NCBI GenBank assembly: GCA_951406725.2
Contig: OX597824.1
Coordinates: forward strand, 85,064,001 to 85,128,000
Source of the DNA: Octopus vulgaris
Lineage: Eukaryota
Length of the DNA: 64,000 nt
Direction of reading: 5' to 3'
A program made the position numbers and the translations under genes. Under the pieces are notes generated by a model. That model was not told where the DNA came from. It saw only the letters and a list, made by a program, of their open reading frames with translations, and searched no databases. Positions 12,040 through 25,241 of the stretch are shown here, in pieces. The stretch's first letter is position 1; each line of letters begins with the position of its first letter.

Positions 12040-14590
12040 AAGCTATTCCATGTTAAATTAATTGGCTGCTCAAACCACAAGACTCCTTCTCTGGCGTCTT
12101 ACAGAATACAAGCTTTGAACGTTTCTGCAAATTGACAATACAAGTCTCAATTCCATTATTCTTCAGTCTCTTAGGTAGCATTTTGGGTGTTGTTCCAAGT
12201 GCACCAATTACCACAGGAATAATTGTCGTTTCAGACTTCCGAAAATCCCTTCGTCTCTCAGTATAGATCCTGATATTTCTCAATTTCTTTGGTCTCCACT
12301 CTATTATCATGTGGAATTGCAAAGCCTATGGGCTTACACTGTTTGTTTCTTTAGTCCTTTATAATCACATCTGATCCTCTTGCTTTGGTATTATGGTCTG
12401 TGTTAATGGGAAAATCCCATAATATCCTGTCATTTTCGTTCTCTACCACAGCCTCTGGTTTGTAGTCAAACTCTTCTGCTACAATCAGCTCCCTATGCAT
12501 ATTCATTATTCTGTCTGGGTATGGGGCTATGCCCAGTTTAATTATATTTCTTATCGAGTTACAACTCACAGAATAGGATGAGGAACATTTTGTACAATTT
12601 ATATAGAGTTTTTTAAAAAATTTCTGCTAATCATATTTGTTTATCCATTGCATAAAGAGAACATCCCGAATAGATTTTGCTGAACTTAATAAACATTTTT
12701 TCAGTACTGTATTTATTGCCAAAGTATTCTAACGTTTGTTCTCAAATTATTTGTCCGTGTTCTAAACACCCCAATGGTAATTGGCTGGAATCATGATCTT
12801 ATTAACTTTTTTTCTTCCATCATTTGAGGTTTTCCTATTCCAAGACGGTATAATACTTTACATTTTTCGTTTTCCTTTCCATCTTTTTTATTCTGGTATC
12901 ATGTCAAGTCGATTAAACTACATTCAAATACATCGCAAAGAACAGTCTTGTTTGAATTATCACACATTTTACATTTGGGTGAACAGTCCTGCTGATCTAT
13001 CGTTATCCTGTTCCTGTTTAACCTTAGAGCCTGTTCCTGTCTTCTCAGAATTATTCCTTCGGTCTTTTTCTTCGATTTTCCTTCTTTAACCAAAGTCGTT
13101 ATTGTAATTTCATCTCTTTTGTCTTAAAAACAAAAACAAAACAAAAGGAAAACACAGAATGAAGCTTCTTTCTTTCAAAGACGAATTTCCCCTTTCCTAC
13201 AATTTTCCCTGATTTCTTTTTTTTGTTTTGAGTTCTACAAATTCCGTAAATAATCTTTCACTTATTACATCCTTAAGGAGTGTTTCTGCTTTTCTTCCGA
13301 AATATAACCTGATCGTGTATTTTCTGTTTCTTCTACATCTTCAGCACTCATTAACCTTCTTCCTTCTGCTTTTGTCCAGCGCAAAGCATTCACATTTCAT
13401 TGGGAATGCATACTCCTGTGAATTATCAACTGCTTCCTCGTTTTTCTCGTCAATATCCTTCATCTTCATACTGCCTCTAGTCAATAATTTCTGCTTCATA
13501 CTTCACTAGTAATGCTGCCCTCATGTTTTTTGCTTGCATGATGTTATCCGCATTCAATTTAGATAAAAAATTCATATTCTGCGAAAACAGCCTTTTCTGA
13601 AGGCTTCCTTAATTTTTGCATTTTTGATTTTGTTGCTTTGCCGTATTCCCAGATATTAATGCTTCTTTTGCGTTTAAAGATTTATATTCTTATCATTAGG
13701 TAGATCTATTCCAGAACTTTTTTCGGATTTTCCTTACTTTATCTCCGTCATAAAACATTTCATGATTCCGAATGTCATCCGAATGTTGCTATTAAATATT
13801 CTTACGGTTTGCATTAAATAAACATTTTAATCTTTCTCTTTGCCACAAAGCTTTAACTCATGAATATAGAGATCATTCACTTTTCTTCTCGTTTTCCTTT
13901 GTGAATATCCTTTCTTAACTTTGCTCAATCGGCAAAGGGATCAGTGTTATCATAAACAAGACAAGAGGAGAGGCTGACCCCTTGAAAGATTCCTCTTTTG
14001 ATCAGTATACCCGCTAAATCCTCACCTGACGTCAACTCTACTCTCCAGGCACCTAACCCTTTTCAAGATCTTAAACTGCTGTTTAGACGCCTCCAGACGA
14101 TGAAGTAGGCTAGCCCAATACGTAGGGAGAAGCCTAGAACGTCAGGAGACGAGAGTAGGAGAGAGACTAGAACAGAGAGCAGTAGAGTAGAGTCGAGTTG
14201 AGTTGCAGTCGGGGGAGTTGAGTAGAGGTCATCCGAACGTGCGACATAACATAAACGTTTCTAGGCATCGCTTGATCCATGAGTGTGGGTCTCCGTAGAA
14301 CACTTTTCTATAATCGATCCATACGATGCATAAATCTATTAGTCTCTTTCTGTAATTCCCCAGTTCCATTGTATCGATCACCAATTGATCATTCGTTCTC
14401 CCTCAGCTTTTTTTTTCGATAGCCTTTTTGCTCATCAAGTACAAGGTGTTTCCCGTAAAGGTATGTTTATGTCTTCTGCAATTATTCCTGCTGAGAGTTC
14501 CTATATAACTGGTAGACATGTAATTCGTCAATAATTTGAGGCAGCGTTTCTTTTTAATTCGGCGTTCAGTATCAGGTAGGTCCTTTCATT
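12040..14590 (-). pseudogene. Degenerate R4/Dong-like RLE non-LTR retrotransposon (RT, Zn knuckle and restriction-like endonuclease)
   Basis: Minus-strand motifs in order: RITCLP, WIDYRKVFYGDPHSWI, KRGIFQGVSLS, QEQAL...CKMC, ILWDFPINTDH..KARGSDVII, IIPVVIGALG...LQK. Many stops and frameshifts. The 3' end abuts (TAA)n. Confidence 0.85.
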
Positions 14591-14758
14591 TGTTAACAAT
14601 TGTGGTGGAAGTCCGCCGAGGTCGACTCTGCCTTTTGGGGAGTGGTCAATAAATTAAGTATCAGTTGAGTTTTGGGGTCGATGTAATCGACTAGCCCCAC
14701 CTTACCTCCCTACAAATTTCAAGCCAAGCACCTAAAGCGGAAAGAAGGATCATCTTCC

Positions 14759-14825
<67 letters not shown>

Positions 14826-14989
14826 CATCATCGTTGTTGTTGGCTTCGCTGTAAAGATTCTATCTTTACAGCTTTGGACACCACCACCGCCGCCGCCACC
14901 ACCACTTCTTTTAATCTTCTCCTTCAAACACCCATACGTTATTTATAAGCTATTTACACGCCTAATTAATTAGCAGGGATGTTATCTTT

Positions 14990-15720
14990 AGGTTTCGTGA
15001 CAAATCTCTTCAAATCTCAGGAATCTCTTGAAGGATTCTTGCTGAATACAGGATTGCGCTTTTCTGCAAGTTGACAACGCGAATCTCAGTTCCATTATTC
15101 TTTAGACTCTTAGATAGCATTTTAGGAGTTGTGCCAAGTGCACCAATTACCACAGGAATAATTATGATCTCAGACTTCCAAACATCATTTCATCTTTCTG
15201 ACTCAGTCCTGATATTTTTCAATTTTTCAAAATTTCTTTGCTATCCATTCTATTACCATATGGGATAGCAAAATCTATAATTACCCTGTTTGTTTCTTTT
15301 GTGCTCTATAGTCATATCTGGTATTCTCGCTTCAATTCTATGGTCAGTCTTAATGGTGATATTTCATAAAACCTTGTAAATCTTATTCTGTTACAGCCTC
15401 TGATTTATGGTCATACTACTTTTCTGCTACGTTCAATTCACTCACTCGGTTAACATTCCACTGAACTCTTTTATCTACACAGTTATTCCTGCGCTTATAC
15501 TCTTTTTGTTTTAGCTTATTGTATTTGCCCAAGAGATGCTTAATACTTTCATGTCCTTTACTACCGGTTCTGCGTTTACTCTCTTACTGAGTTTTATCAA
15601 TCGTTGCCTTTACAGATTCGTCATAAGGGCTTGTTCCTGAGCGGCTATAATTAGTGATTCGGTTTCTCGTTTTAGGTTTCCGTTTCTCAGATACAGACTC
15701 AGCTTCCTTTACTTCCAACT
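14990..15720 (-). pseudogene. R4/Dong-like LINE 3' fragment
   Basis: ETESLIIAAQEQAL, IIPVVIGALGTTPKMLSK and LQKSAILYSARIL on the minus strand. Confidence 0.85.
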
Positions 15721-15812
15721 TTCTCGATTTGTTGCATGAATTGACCATGTATGCTCTGTTCGTTGCATATTATTATCATCATCATCATCATCATCATCAT
15801 CATAATTCATCA

Positions 15813-15861
<49 letters not shown>

Positions 15862-16398
15862 GGAGTGAGAGAGCGGTGCATGCCATCAAAGTGACACTGG
15901 GGTAAAATATACGAAGCCCAGTACACCCATCATGACTACCCCTCTGATAAGGGTACACCAAGACACGCGTCACAACCATATGTGCGCGACATGGTGATCT
16001 CATATCAAGATAAACAGCGCATAACCTTGCAGGTGGGGCCCAGTTAGAATATTCCTCTGGTCGAGTAGCCCATCCCGCTCAAAAAGCCCCTGAATAAGGT
16101 TTGTTTAAGGATGTTAAATGAAACACCCATGTTTCCAAAGGTGAATTATCCAAACCTCTAAGAATTCCTTTCAACACATGGCTATGATGCTCCTCCACTA
16201 CTTCTGCTCGTGATCAGAGATGAACATATCGTCAGCCACCAAGGAACATGCTCAACTGGTTAAGGTCAAACAACTGACAAGCAAATCTGTGGTATTGAGC
16301 AAAATATTTGCTGTAGCCCATCTTTTATACCAAGACAAAACAATGTACATGATAACACTTCCAATCAGTTAAGATCAGAAGCCATGAAAGCCACTGCC
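15862..16398. mobile_element. Unclassified ~540-bp interspersed repeat (family D) embedded in (TTA)n
   Basis: A second, inverted copy lies at ~54010-54493. There is no ORF, and both flanks are TAA-type microsatellite. Confidence 0.8.
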
Positions 16399-16466
<68 letters not shown>

Positions 16467-16949
16467 GGCAACGAGCTAGCAGAATTGCCAAGACGCCGGG
16501 CACAATGCTTAGCGACATTTCACTCGTCTTTACGTGCTGAGTTCAAATTCCGCCGAGGTCGACTTTGCCTTTCATCCTTTCGGGTTCGATTAAATAAGTA
16601 CCGTTTACGCACTGGGGTCGATGTAATTGACTTAATCCCTTTGTGTGTCCTTGTTTGTCCCCTCTATGTTTATCCCCTTGTGGGCAATAAAGAAATAAGG
16701 ATCGTTAGTACGCTGGGCAAAATCCTTAACGGTTTTTCATCCATCTTTACGTTCTGTGTTCAAATTCCGCGAAAGTCGAATTTTCCTTTCACCCCTTTCG
16801 GGTCGATAAAATACATACCAGTTATGTACTGGAGTCGATGTCATCGACTGCCTCTCTTCCTCGAAATGATTGTCCTTGTGTCAAAATTTGAAATCATTAT
16901 AATACCGCTGATAGAGAATCTGGAGTCGCTTGTGATATTTTATTAACGT

Positions 16950-17344
16950 GTGGAGGCGCAATGGCCCAGTGGTTAGGGCAGCGGACTCGCGGTCATAGGA
17001 TCGCGGTTTCGATTCCCAGACCGGGCGTTGTGAGTGTTTATTGAGCGAAAACACCTAAAAGCTCCACGAGGCTCCGGCAGGGGATGGTGGTGATCCCTGC
17101 TGTACTCTTTCACCACAACTTTCTCTCACTCTTACTTCCTGTTTCTGTTGTACCTGTATTTCAAGGGGCCGGCCTTGTCACTCTCTGTGTCACGCTGAAT
17201 ATCCCCGAGAACTACGTTAAGGGTGCACGTGTCTGTGGAGTGCTCAGCCACTTACACGTTAATTTCACGGGCAGGCTGTTCCGTTGATTCGGATCAACCG
17301 GAACCCTCATCGTCGTAACCGACGGAGTGCTTCCATCATCATCC
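16950..17344 (+). mobile_element. Young SINE family C, tail type 1, with 13-bp TSD
   Basis: tRNA-like head GGAGGCGCAATGGCCCAGTGGTTAGGGCAGCGGACTCG. TSD ATTTTATTAACGT at 16937-16949 and 17345-17357. Confidence 0.92.
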
Positions 17345-17779
17345 ATTTTATTAACGTCTATAATTTCTTTTCAAGTTCTTTAAAAGCAGTCGGATCCTGT
17401 AGTGTAAAAACAAACGATAACAATATCCTGATAGCATACAAAGACATTGTGAGCGAGACATGTCAGACATCTCAACTAACCGACATAAATGATTTTATTT
17501 GCTGATATCATTGAAGTTCATAGAACTTGGAGTGAATTTGATATCGTTGTGGATGGAACGATAAGTGAAAGATATCAAACTTGTTAAAAGTTATATAAAT
17601 TTACCATATACAATTATAACTGGAAATGAGATCGATATATTTTTTAAAAAGTAGTTCTTTATTTAAAATATCAACAATGATATTGCTGTTGTTGTTGTTT
17701 AGCTCTGATTATCGATGAGATTTATCTATGATTAAAGACATTCCTACAGTGAGCACCCCGCCTTTATCTCTTCCATGAC

Positions 17780-17942
17780 TACGAGGGTGGATTGAAGGGT
17801 TCATAGGCTGACTATGAAGGTGTGATGCTAGAGCTGTGAAATCTCGCGTGCATTAATTTCAATTCTCCTTATTAATAAACTATATTCTTTCCCGGTAAAC
17901 TGACATCTTGCTGTTCAAAGAAGACTTCAAAAGTACCAGTAA
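17780..17942 (+). mobile_element. Mariner-like element terminal fragment
   Basis: Begins TACGAGGGTGGATTGAAGGGTTCATAGGCTGAC, resembling irritans-type mariner TIRs. No second TIR seen. Confidence 0.5.
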
Positions 17943-17958
17943 CTCGAATATTATCTAA

Positions 17959-18004
<46 letters not shown>

Positions 18005-18375
18005 TGTATGGTGGCTTTCGATATAATCAATTATACCCTCTCGTTTTTAAGCCCTGTGTCAATGTAAAAAATTGTTTTTTATTAACTTGCGAACAGTGCG
18101 TGTGGCATTTCATCTACTAGGACTTGCAAGCTCTTTCAACGTGAAAGGGATATTTCGGATAGAACGAACGAACTAATTGGTGTTTGAGAGAAAACTCAAA
18201 GCTAGCACTGTTTAAGAGTTGCTATTCCATCCCACTCGTACAGAATAATCGATATTGCCTTCACGACAGCAAGACTTATGTAGTATTGGCGCAATTGTGC
18301 CGGCTTAACAAGGCTATAAGTTGACATAATTGAAAGGGTAACGAAACTAATGCTTGGAGCAGAAAATGTTTAGAT

Positions 18376-18945
18376 CAGTGGTTCCCAAAATAGGCGGTAC
18401 TCCCACCTCCACACTGGGCAAGGTGGAAAGGCTCAGGAGAGTGTTGAAGAAAAGTGGGGTGATAATGGGGTGGCTGAAAGGAGGCAATGAATGTAACTGC
18501 CCCCCCCCCCCACTAAATGATGGGTTAATTATGTTAACGTTTATTTGTGAAATACAGTTTTTTTGAATTTGTTGCAGAAAGTGGTCTATGTTTGTGGTGG
18601 TGAGTTTGGTGTAAGGCGAACAGCTGGCAGAATCGTTAGCACGCTGGGCGAAATGCTTAGCGGTATTCCGTCTGCCACTACGTTCTGAGTTCAAATTCCG
18701 CACAGGTCGACTTTGCCTTTCATCCTTTCAGGGTCAATTAAATAAGTACCAGTTACGCACTGGGGTCGATATAATCGACTTAATCCGTTTGTCTGCCCTT
18801 GTTTGTCCCCTCTGTGTGTAGCCCCTTGTGGGTAGTAAAGAAATAGGTGGTGAATTTGGTGTGTGTGTGGGGGGTGAGGTGGGGTGCTGGGGATGTGGCC
18901 TGGGTGCCGAGGAAGCGGCAGCCTGAAAAGGTTTGGGAATCACTG
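18376..18945. mobile_element. hAT (Charlie-like) MITE with nested SINE B
   Basis: TIRs CAGTGGTTCCCAAA / TTTGGGAATCACTG, with a perfect 8-bp TSD GTTTAGAT on both sides. Confidence 0.9.
18613..18845 (+). mobile_element. SINE family B with 17-bp TSD
   Basis: TSD GGTGGTGAGTTTGGTGT (18596-18612) / GGTGGTGAATTTGGTGT (18846-18862). Confidence 0.9.
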
Positions 18946-19119
18946 GTTTAGATCATGATTTCCACTTGAAAGAACGATACATTCAATATCGGTTTTAAAA
19001 GTGTCTGTTTAAATCGGCGGCGAACTAGCATCCTTGGCTTGGAAATAAAATGCGTTAACCAGGGGGACCCTCTAATAGCATTTAGATGTATTTTGATATG
19101 ATTTATGTGAAGTAATAAT

Positions 19120-19571
19120 GGTTTCAAATTTAAGCAGAAGGCCAACTATTTTAGGGAAAGGGTTATGTTGATATCATCGACCTCAGTACTGGTACTTATT
19201 TTGTTGACTCTGAAAGGATAAAAGGTAAAGTCGACCTTGGTGGCATTTGAACTCAGGCCATAAAGCCAGAAGAATTGCCACTAAGCATTTTGTCCCGAGC
19301 GGTAACGGTTTTGCAAGCTTGCCGCCTAAATTTATGTGAAGTAATAATCCCTTCTACAAAAGGCACAAGGCCTGAAATTTCGGGAGAGGATGGATAGACG
19401 AATGCGTTGATTCCCCCCACCCCAAATATTCAACGGGTACTTATTTTATCGACCCCGAAAAGATGAAAGTCAAAGTTGACCTCGGCGGAATTTGAACTCA
19501 AATCGTAAGGACGGACGAAATGCCGCTAAGCATTTTTCCCGGCGCGCTAACGAATCTGCCAGCTTGCCACC
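19120..19571 (-). mobile_element. Two tandem SINE B copies separated and flanked by the same target sequence
   Basis: TTTATGTGAAGTAATAAT-like motif at ~19101, ~19330 and ~19572. Confidence 0.85.
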
Positions 19572-20042
19572 TTTACATGAAGTAATAATATTAGAGAATA
19601 GTGTTTCTTCAACTTTAATGTTACACTCACTCATTCACTCACTCACACATACACACGCGCGCGCGCACATGCTGGGCCAAAGAGGGATCCTCTATGCGAT
19701 CGTAACACTTGCTAGAAACAGCAGTCAAGTCAACCTCAATTTATACTCGGTTATCTTAAAAAAAGGAAGGACACATCAAATAATCTGATTACTTGAGAAA
19801 AAAGAGATGGCACGGTTACGGTTGGAATCGATTTGATCGTGGGCCAACTCCTTGATCAGGGTTGCTCTGGGGACTAAAAGACATCAATGTATGCACACAC
19901 ACATACACACCTGTATATGGGTGTGTATGTATATGTACATAAACATATACATGTATATACCTATATACATACACACACATAGGTATTAAGTATTTTGTTA
20001 TATGTGTGTGTGTGTCTGTCTGTCTGCAAGTCTATCTTATAC

Positions 20043-20461
20043 TCTTTTACTCTACTCTTTTACTTGTTTCAGTCATTTGATTGTGGCCATGCTGGAGCAC
20101 TGCCTTTATAGTCGAGCAGATCGGTCCCGGGACTTATTCTTTGTAAGCCTAGTACTTATTCTATCGGTTTCTTTTGCCGAACCGCTAAGTTACGGGGACG
20201 TAAATACACCAGAATCGGTTGTCAAGCAATGTTGGGTGGACAAACACAGACACACAAACACACACACACACATATATATTTATATATATACATATATACG
20301 GCGGGCTTCTTTCAGTTTCCGTCTACCAAATCCACTCGCAAGGCTTTGGTCAGCCCGAGGTTATAGTAGAAGACACTTGCCCAAGGTGCCACGCAGTGGG
20401 ACTGAACTTGGAACCATGTGGTTGGTAAGCAAGCTACTTACCACACAGCCACTCCTGCGCC
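20043..20461 (-). mobile_element. Full-length SINE family A
   Basis: Matches the consensus; head ends CCACTCCTGCGCC. Confidence 0.9.
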
Positions 20462-20469
20462 TATAATAA

Positions 20470-21070
20470 TAATTTTTTTATTGCCCACATGGGAATAAAC
20501 ATAGAGGGGACAAACAAGGGCAGACAAAAGGAATTAATCGATTACATCGACCCCAGTGCGTAAGTGGTACTTATTTATCGACCGCGAAAGTATCAAAAGC
20601 AAAGTCGACCTCGGCGGAAATTGAACTCAGAAAATAAAGACGGATTAAATGCCACTAAGCATTTTTCCCGGAGAGCTAACAATTCTGCCAGCACGCCGCT
20701 TTAATCTAATTAATATTGAGTTCAAATTTTGGCGTGAGGCCAGTAATTTAGCGGGAGGGATAAGTGGAATTTGAACTCAGAACGTAAAGATGGATGAAAT
20801 GCCGATAAGCATTTTGCCCAGGGTGCTAACGGTTCTGCTTTAATGCAATTAATATTCTTTTCTACTCTAGGTACAAGGCCCGAAATTTTTGGGGAGGAGG
20901 CCAGTCGATTAAATTGACCCTAGTACGCAACTGGTACTTAATTTATCGACCCCGAAAGCATGAACGGCAAAGTTTACCTCGGCGGAATTTGAACTCAGAA
21001 CATAAAGACAGACGAAATACCGCTATGCGTTTCGCCCGGCGTGCTAACGTTTCTGTCAGCTCGCCGCCTT
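20470..21070 (-). mobile_element. Three SINE B copies in tandem
   Basis: Repeated GAATTTGAACTCAGAA core, separated by TTAATGCAATTAATAT-like targets. Confidence 0.85.
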
Positions 21071-21944
21071 TTTAATGCAATTAATATCGAATATTTGCGA
21101 CCCATTTGTGGAAGCAAAAATAATAATAGAAATAAATGAATGAAATAAAATATAAATAAACATAAAAAAAGCTAGACATTGTTTCTCAGAAATATAACCG
21201 TTTCCGTCAACTGTGATACGATACATAATGTATATTTTGCTAATAAATGTTTCTAATATCTGTTCTACTACTGTTTAAAAGCATTACGAATCGATCACAA
21301 AAACAGTGTTGCTGCCCTCCTTTCATTATTTGAAGGGTTTCTTTGATTGCAGCTTCCAATAAAATCTCATTGTGTCGCCTGCATTCATATAGGTTATTAA
21401 TGAAGAATTATAACGACTCCAAGAACGTTACTATTGTTTGTAGGGACTCACACCGGTTCCTGTGCAATTACCGTAAATTACTCGACACTTTAAATGCTTT
21501 TTATATCATTACAGTTATTATTTTTGGTCCTTACAGCTATTACAGCAAAGGAAAAAAGAAAACACATTTAGTTCTATAGAGACGACAGATTTCAAACGAT
21601 ATCATTGCAGCTATTAGTGAAGACACGAAATTATTCGTCTGCAAGCTTATAATTATTAGTGAAAGCTTTTGATGAACTTATTACAGGTAGTACTGGAAAA
21701 CACAGAGGGTAAAAGTTATATATATATATATATATGTAATATTGTAGGTCCTAATCTTCGATTAGCTGATATTGTCTCCAAGGCATTAGAATTCAGAACT
21801 CATCTCAGTTAATTACACGCCATTCGCAGATAAAACTCCTTTTTTGGGTGTTTAAAATTTAACCCCCACCCCAAGAAAGAAACAATAGACAGTAATAGTT
21901 GCAAAAATTGTCAGTCAAATCAAATTTTTGGAGAATAAAGACGA

Positions 21945-22378
21945 TGCGCAGGGGTGGCTGTGTGGTAAGTAGCTTGCTTACCAACCACATGGTTCCGGGT
22001 TCAGTCCATCTGCGTGGCACCTTGGGCAAGTGTCTTCTACTATAGCCTCGGGCCGACCAAAGCCTTGTGAGTGGATTTGGTAGACGGAAACTGAAAGAAG
22101 CTCGTCGTATATGTGTATATATATATATGTGTGTGTGTATGTATGTATGTGTATATGTTTGTGTGTCTGTGTTTGTCCCCCCCCCCAACATCGTTTGACA
22201 ACCGATGCTGGTGTGTTTACGTACCCGTAACTTAGCGGTTCGCCAAAAGAGACCGATAGAATATGTACTAGGCTTCCAAAGAATAAGTCCTGGTGTCGAT
22301 TTGCTCAACTAAAGGCGGTGCTCCAGCATGGCCGCAGTGAAATGACTGAAACAAGTAAGAGAAAGAGAAAGAGAGAAA
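21945..22378 (+). mobile_element. Full-length SINE family A
   Basis: Matches the consensus, with (GAGAAA)n tail. Confidence 0.9.
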
Positions 22379-23001
22379 TGCACAGGAAAGTGACTTTAAA
22401 AAAAGTTATTCTTGGTCCCTAGGGCTCACAAGACTGTTTACCTCGTTTCCACGGCGTATAAATGACAAGGATTACAACACTACCTCCACCACTAAAGGCC
22501 AGTCTGGTGCAGGTTTAAAAACCAGCAGTTTTGAAGAGGGGTGGATGACAAGTCGATTATATAACTCCGGTACTTGCCTGATACGTTATTTCATTGAACC
22601 ATCAAAGGGATGAAAGGCAAAGTTGACCTCGACCGGATTTAAACTGAGAACGCAAAGAGCTGCAAGAAATACCACTAAGTGTTTTGTCCGATGCTCTAAC
22701 GATTCTACTGGTTCGCCGCCTTGAGATGGAGGTCTATCTTACCTTAAAGGCTAACAAATGAAAGCTTCTTTAGACATTACTAGAAAATCACAATAACGCT
22801 AATGAGAGTTCCGTTATTAACGAAGACCAACGAATACACACAACATCATTATCAGTGACAACATGGAATTATTCCTTTATAAGGTTACAGTTACTGTTCA
22901 AACGCTCCTATAATAATTATAGCTACCGCAGGAATAACTCAATAATTTGTATATAAACCCAGCAATTAGCGAAGTCTACAAAATACAAACAATATCATTT
23001 A

Positions 23002-24273
23002 TATGTAATAATAAAAACATAAAATTATTACTCTACGAGGTTACGGTTATTACTGAAGGCTTCAAATGATCATTATAATTATCATAGCTATTATTGGAAA
23101 AGCACAATAACTTCTATATAAATCCAGTTATTAGTGAAGAATAATGGTTACAAAAAAACATCAATTGATAGCTGTATGTATAAATATGAAAATATTCCTC
23201 TTTGATTACATGAAATCAAGAACGAATCATTATGGTGCCGTCACTATTGCAATTATTAACATACGCTCCAGTTATATCATACACCATGAGAGAGCATTAC
23301 TAAAGACCGATAAATGCCTCTCATGAAGGCTAAGCCATTGGTAGTCAGTACATCATACTGATTTTTCTTTCACATCCACTACTATAAAAGACGTTTAGCT
23401 ACTTAACGTCTTAATCATTACCAGCGTCCGGCAGAAACTCCTAATGATTCCCCTTTCGTTATAAGAAAGATGAAGGCCAAATCGGCTCCGACTTGTTTCC
23501 AACTCAGAACGTTATTAAATTTCGCAGGGCATTTTGCTGCCCCTTAAGCAATTCTGTGGCTTTTAATTAACTTTTAGAAAGAATAAAAACAACAGGAACA
23601 ACATCAGTAACAATCATAACAATAATTCTTTCTAATATAGACACAAAGCCTTGAATTGGGGTGGGGACAGATGGGAGTCAATGCCATTGACCCCAATACT
23701 TGACTGGTACTTTATTTTGTCGATCCCGAAAGGAATAAAAGCAAAATTGACCTCTGCAGGATTTGAACTCGGAACGCAGGGAGCCGGAATAAATACAACA
23801 AGGTATGTAATAATAAAAACATGATATTATTACTCTGCGAGGTTACGGTTATTACTGAGGGTTTCAAATGATCGTTATAATTATCATAGCTATTATTGGA
23901 AAAGCACAATAACTTCTGTATAAATCCAGTTATTCGTGAAGAATAATGGTTACAAAAAAACATCAATTGATAGCTGTATGTATAAATATGAAATTATTCC
24001 TTTTTGATTACATGAAATAAACAACGAATCATTATAATGCCGCCACTATTGAAATTATTAACATACGCTCCAGTTATATCATACCCCATGAGAGAGCATT
24101 ACTAAAGACCGATAAATGCCTCTCATGAATGCTAAGCCATTGGTAGTTAGTACATCATACTGATTTTGCTTTCACATCAACTGCAATGAAAGACGTTTAA
24201 CTAATTAACGTCTTAATCATTACCAGCGTCCGGCAGACACTCCTAATGATTCCCCATTCGTTATAAGAATGAT
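23002..24273. repeat. Direct duplication of a 470-bp segment (23002-23471 and 23804-24273)
   Basis: The two copies are colinear with scattered substitutions. The spacer between them is a copy of 29995-30335. Confidence 0.92.
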
Positions 24274-24784
24274 CAATGGCACCTAATTATGATCGTTCTA
24301 GAGCAGTTATTGTCTAAGCGACCATATACAACGATTCTTATATCATCATTATCACTGATATTGGGAATAAATAATTATTTCTCGCAACACTGCAGCTGCT
24401 AGTCGAGACTGTCAACGACCTCTTAATTACACTAATTATAGATTCAATCTCATTAGAATATTTAGTGAGCAAAATTCGTTTTGTATAGTATAATATTAAA
24501 CTTTCACAGGAAGGGGAGTAAGAGAGACTTCGAAGTTTCGAACAGTCCGATGAAGAGTTGCAGGTCGAAACTTTAATTATAATCTGTCGTCCCTTATCTT
24601 ATAAAAGATGAAATAAATTTGTACTCTACAAAAAGGATTGAGTAATTCTTCTGCTCAATATTAGATAATTTTTATTTCCACTCGACATAAAAACAAAATT
24701 AATATATTTATATATATATACATTTATATATGAATGCATAATATATATACACATTTATATATGTATGCATAATATATATATAAT

Positions 24785-24952
24785 ATACATATAAAAGGGG
24801 TGACCTGTAAGTGGACATCCATTATGCTAGAAGAAGATCCGGTATGGTCTTACCACTAAGAAAGGAATGTTTGTTTCTTAGTGGTAAGACCATAGCGGAT
24901 CTTCTTCTAGCATAATGGATGTCCACTAACAGGTCATCCCTTTTATATGTAT
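24785..24952. repeat. Near-perfect hairpin (79-bp arms, 10-nt loop) between TA-rich tracts
   Basis: 24785-24863 is the reverse complement of 24874-24952, with 3 mismatches seen by eye. Confidence 0.93.
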
Positions 24953-25004
24953 GTAATATATTTTTTTCTGAAATTAATATTCAATTTTTCACCCTTATTA
25001 TTTT

Positions 25005-25039
<35 letters not shown>

Positions 25040-25040
25040 C

Positions 25041-25071
<31 letters not shown>

Positions 25072-25169
25072 ATATATATATATATATATGTTTGTATATG
25101 TCGTATATATAAATACATATATATGTATGTATGTATATATATATATATAAATAAAGATATGTATGCATG

Positions 25170-25241
<72 letters not shown>

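Noticed and set aside
16950-17025. tRNA gene-like sequence (A and B boxes)
   Set aside because: It is the head of a TSD-flanked multi-copy SINE, with no complete acceptor stem.
19101-19589. CRISPR-like repeat-spacer-repeat pattern (also 51361-52003)
   Set aside because: The spacers are ~200-bp SINEs and the repeats are target-site duplications. The context is eukaryotic and there are no cas genes.
24545-24575. CCGATGAAGAGTTGCAGGTCGAAAC hammerhead-like string
   Set aside because: The core is mutated, helix II is mismatched and no helix I was found.
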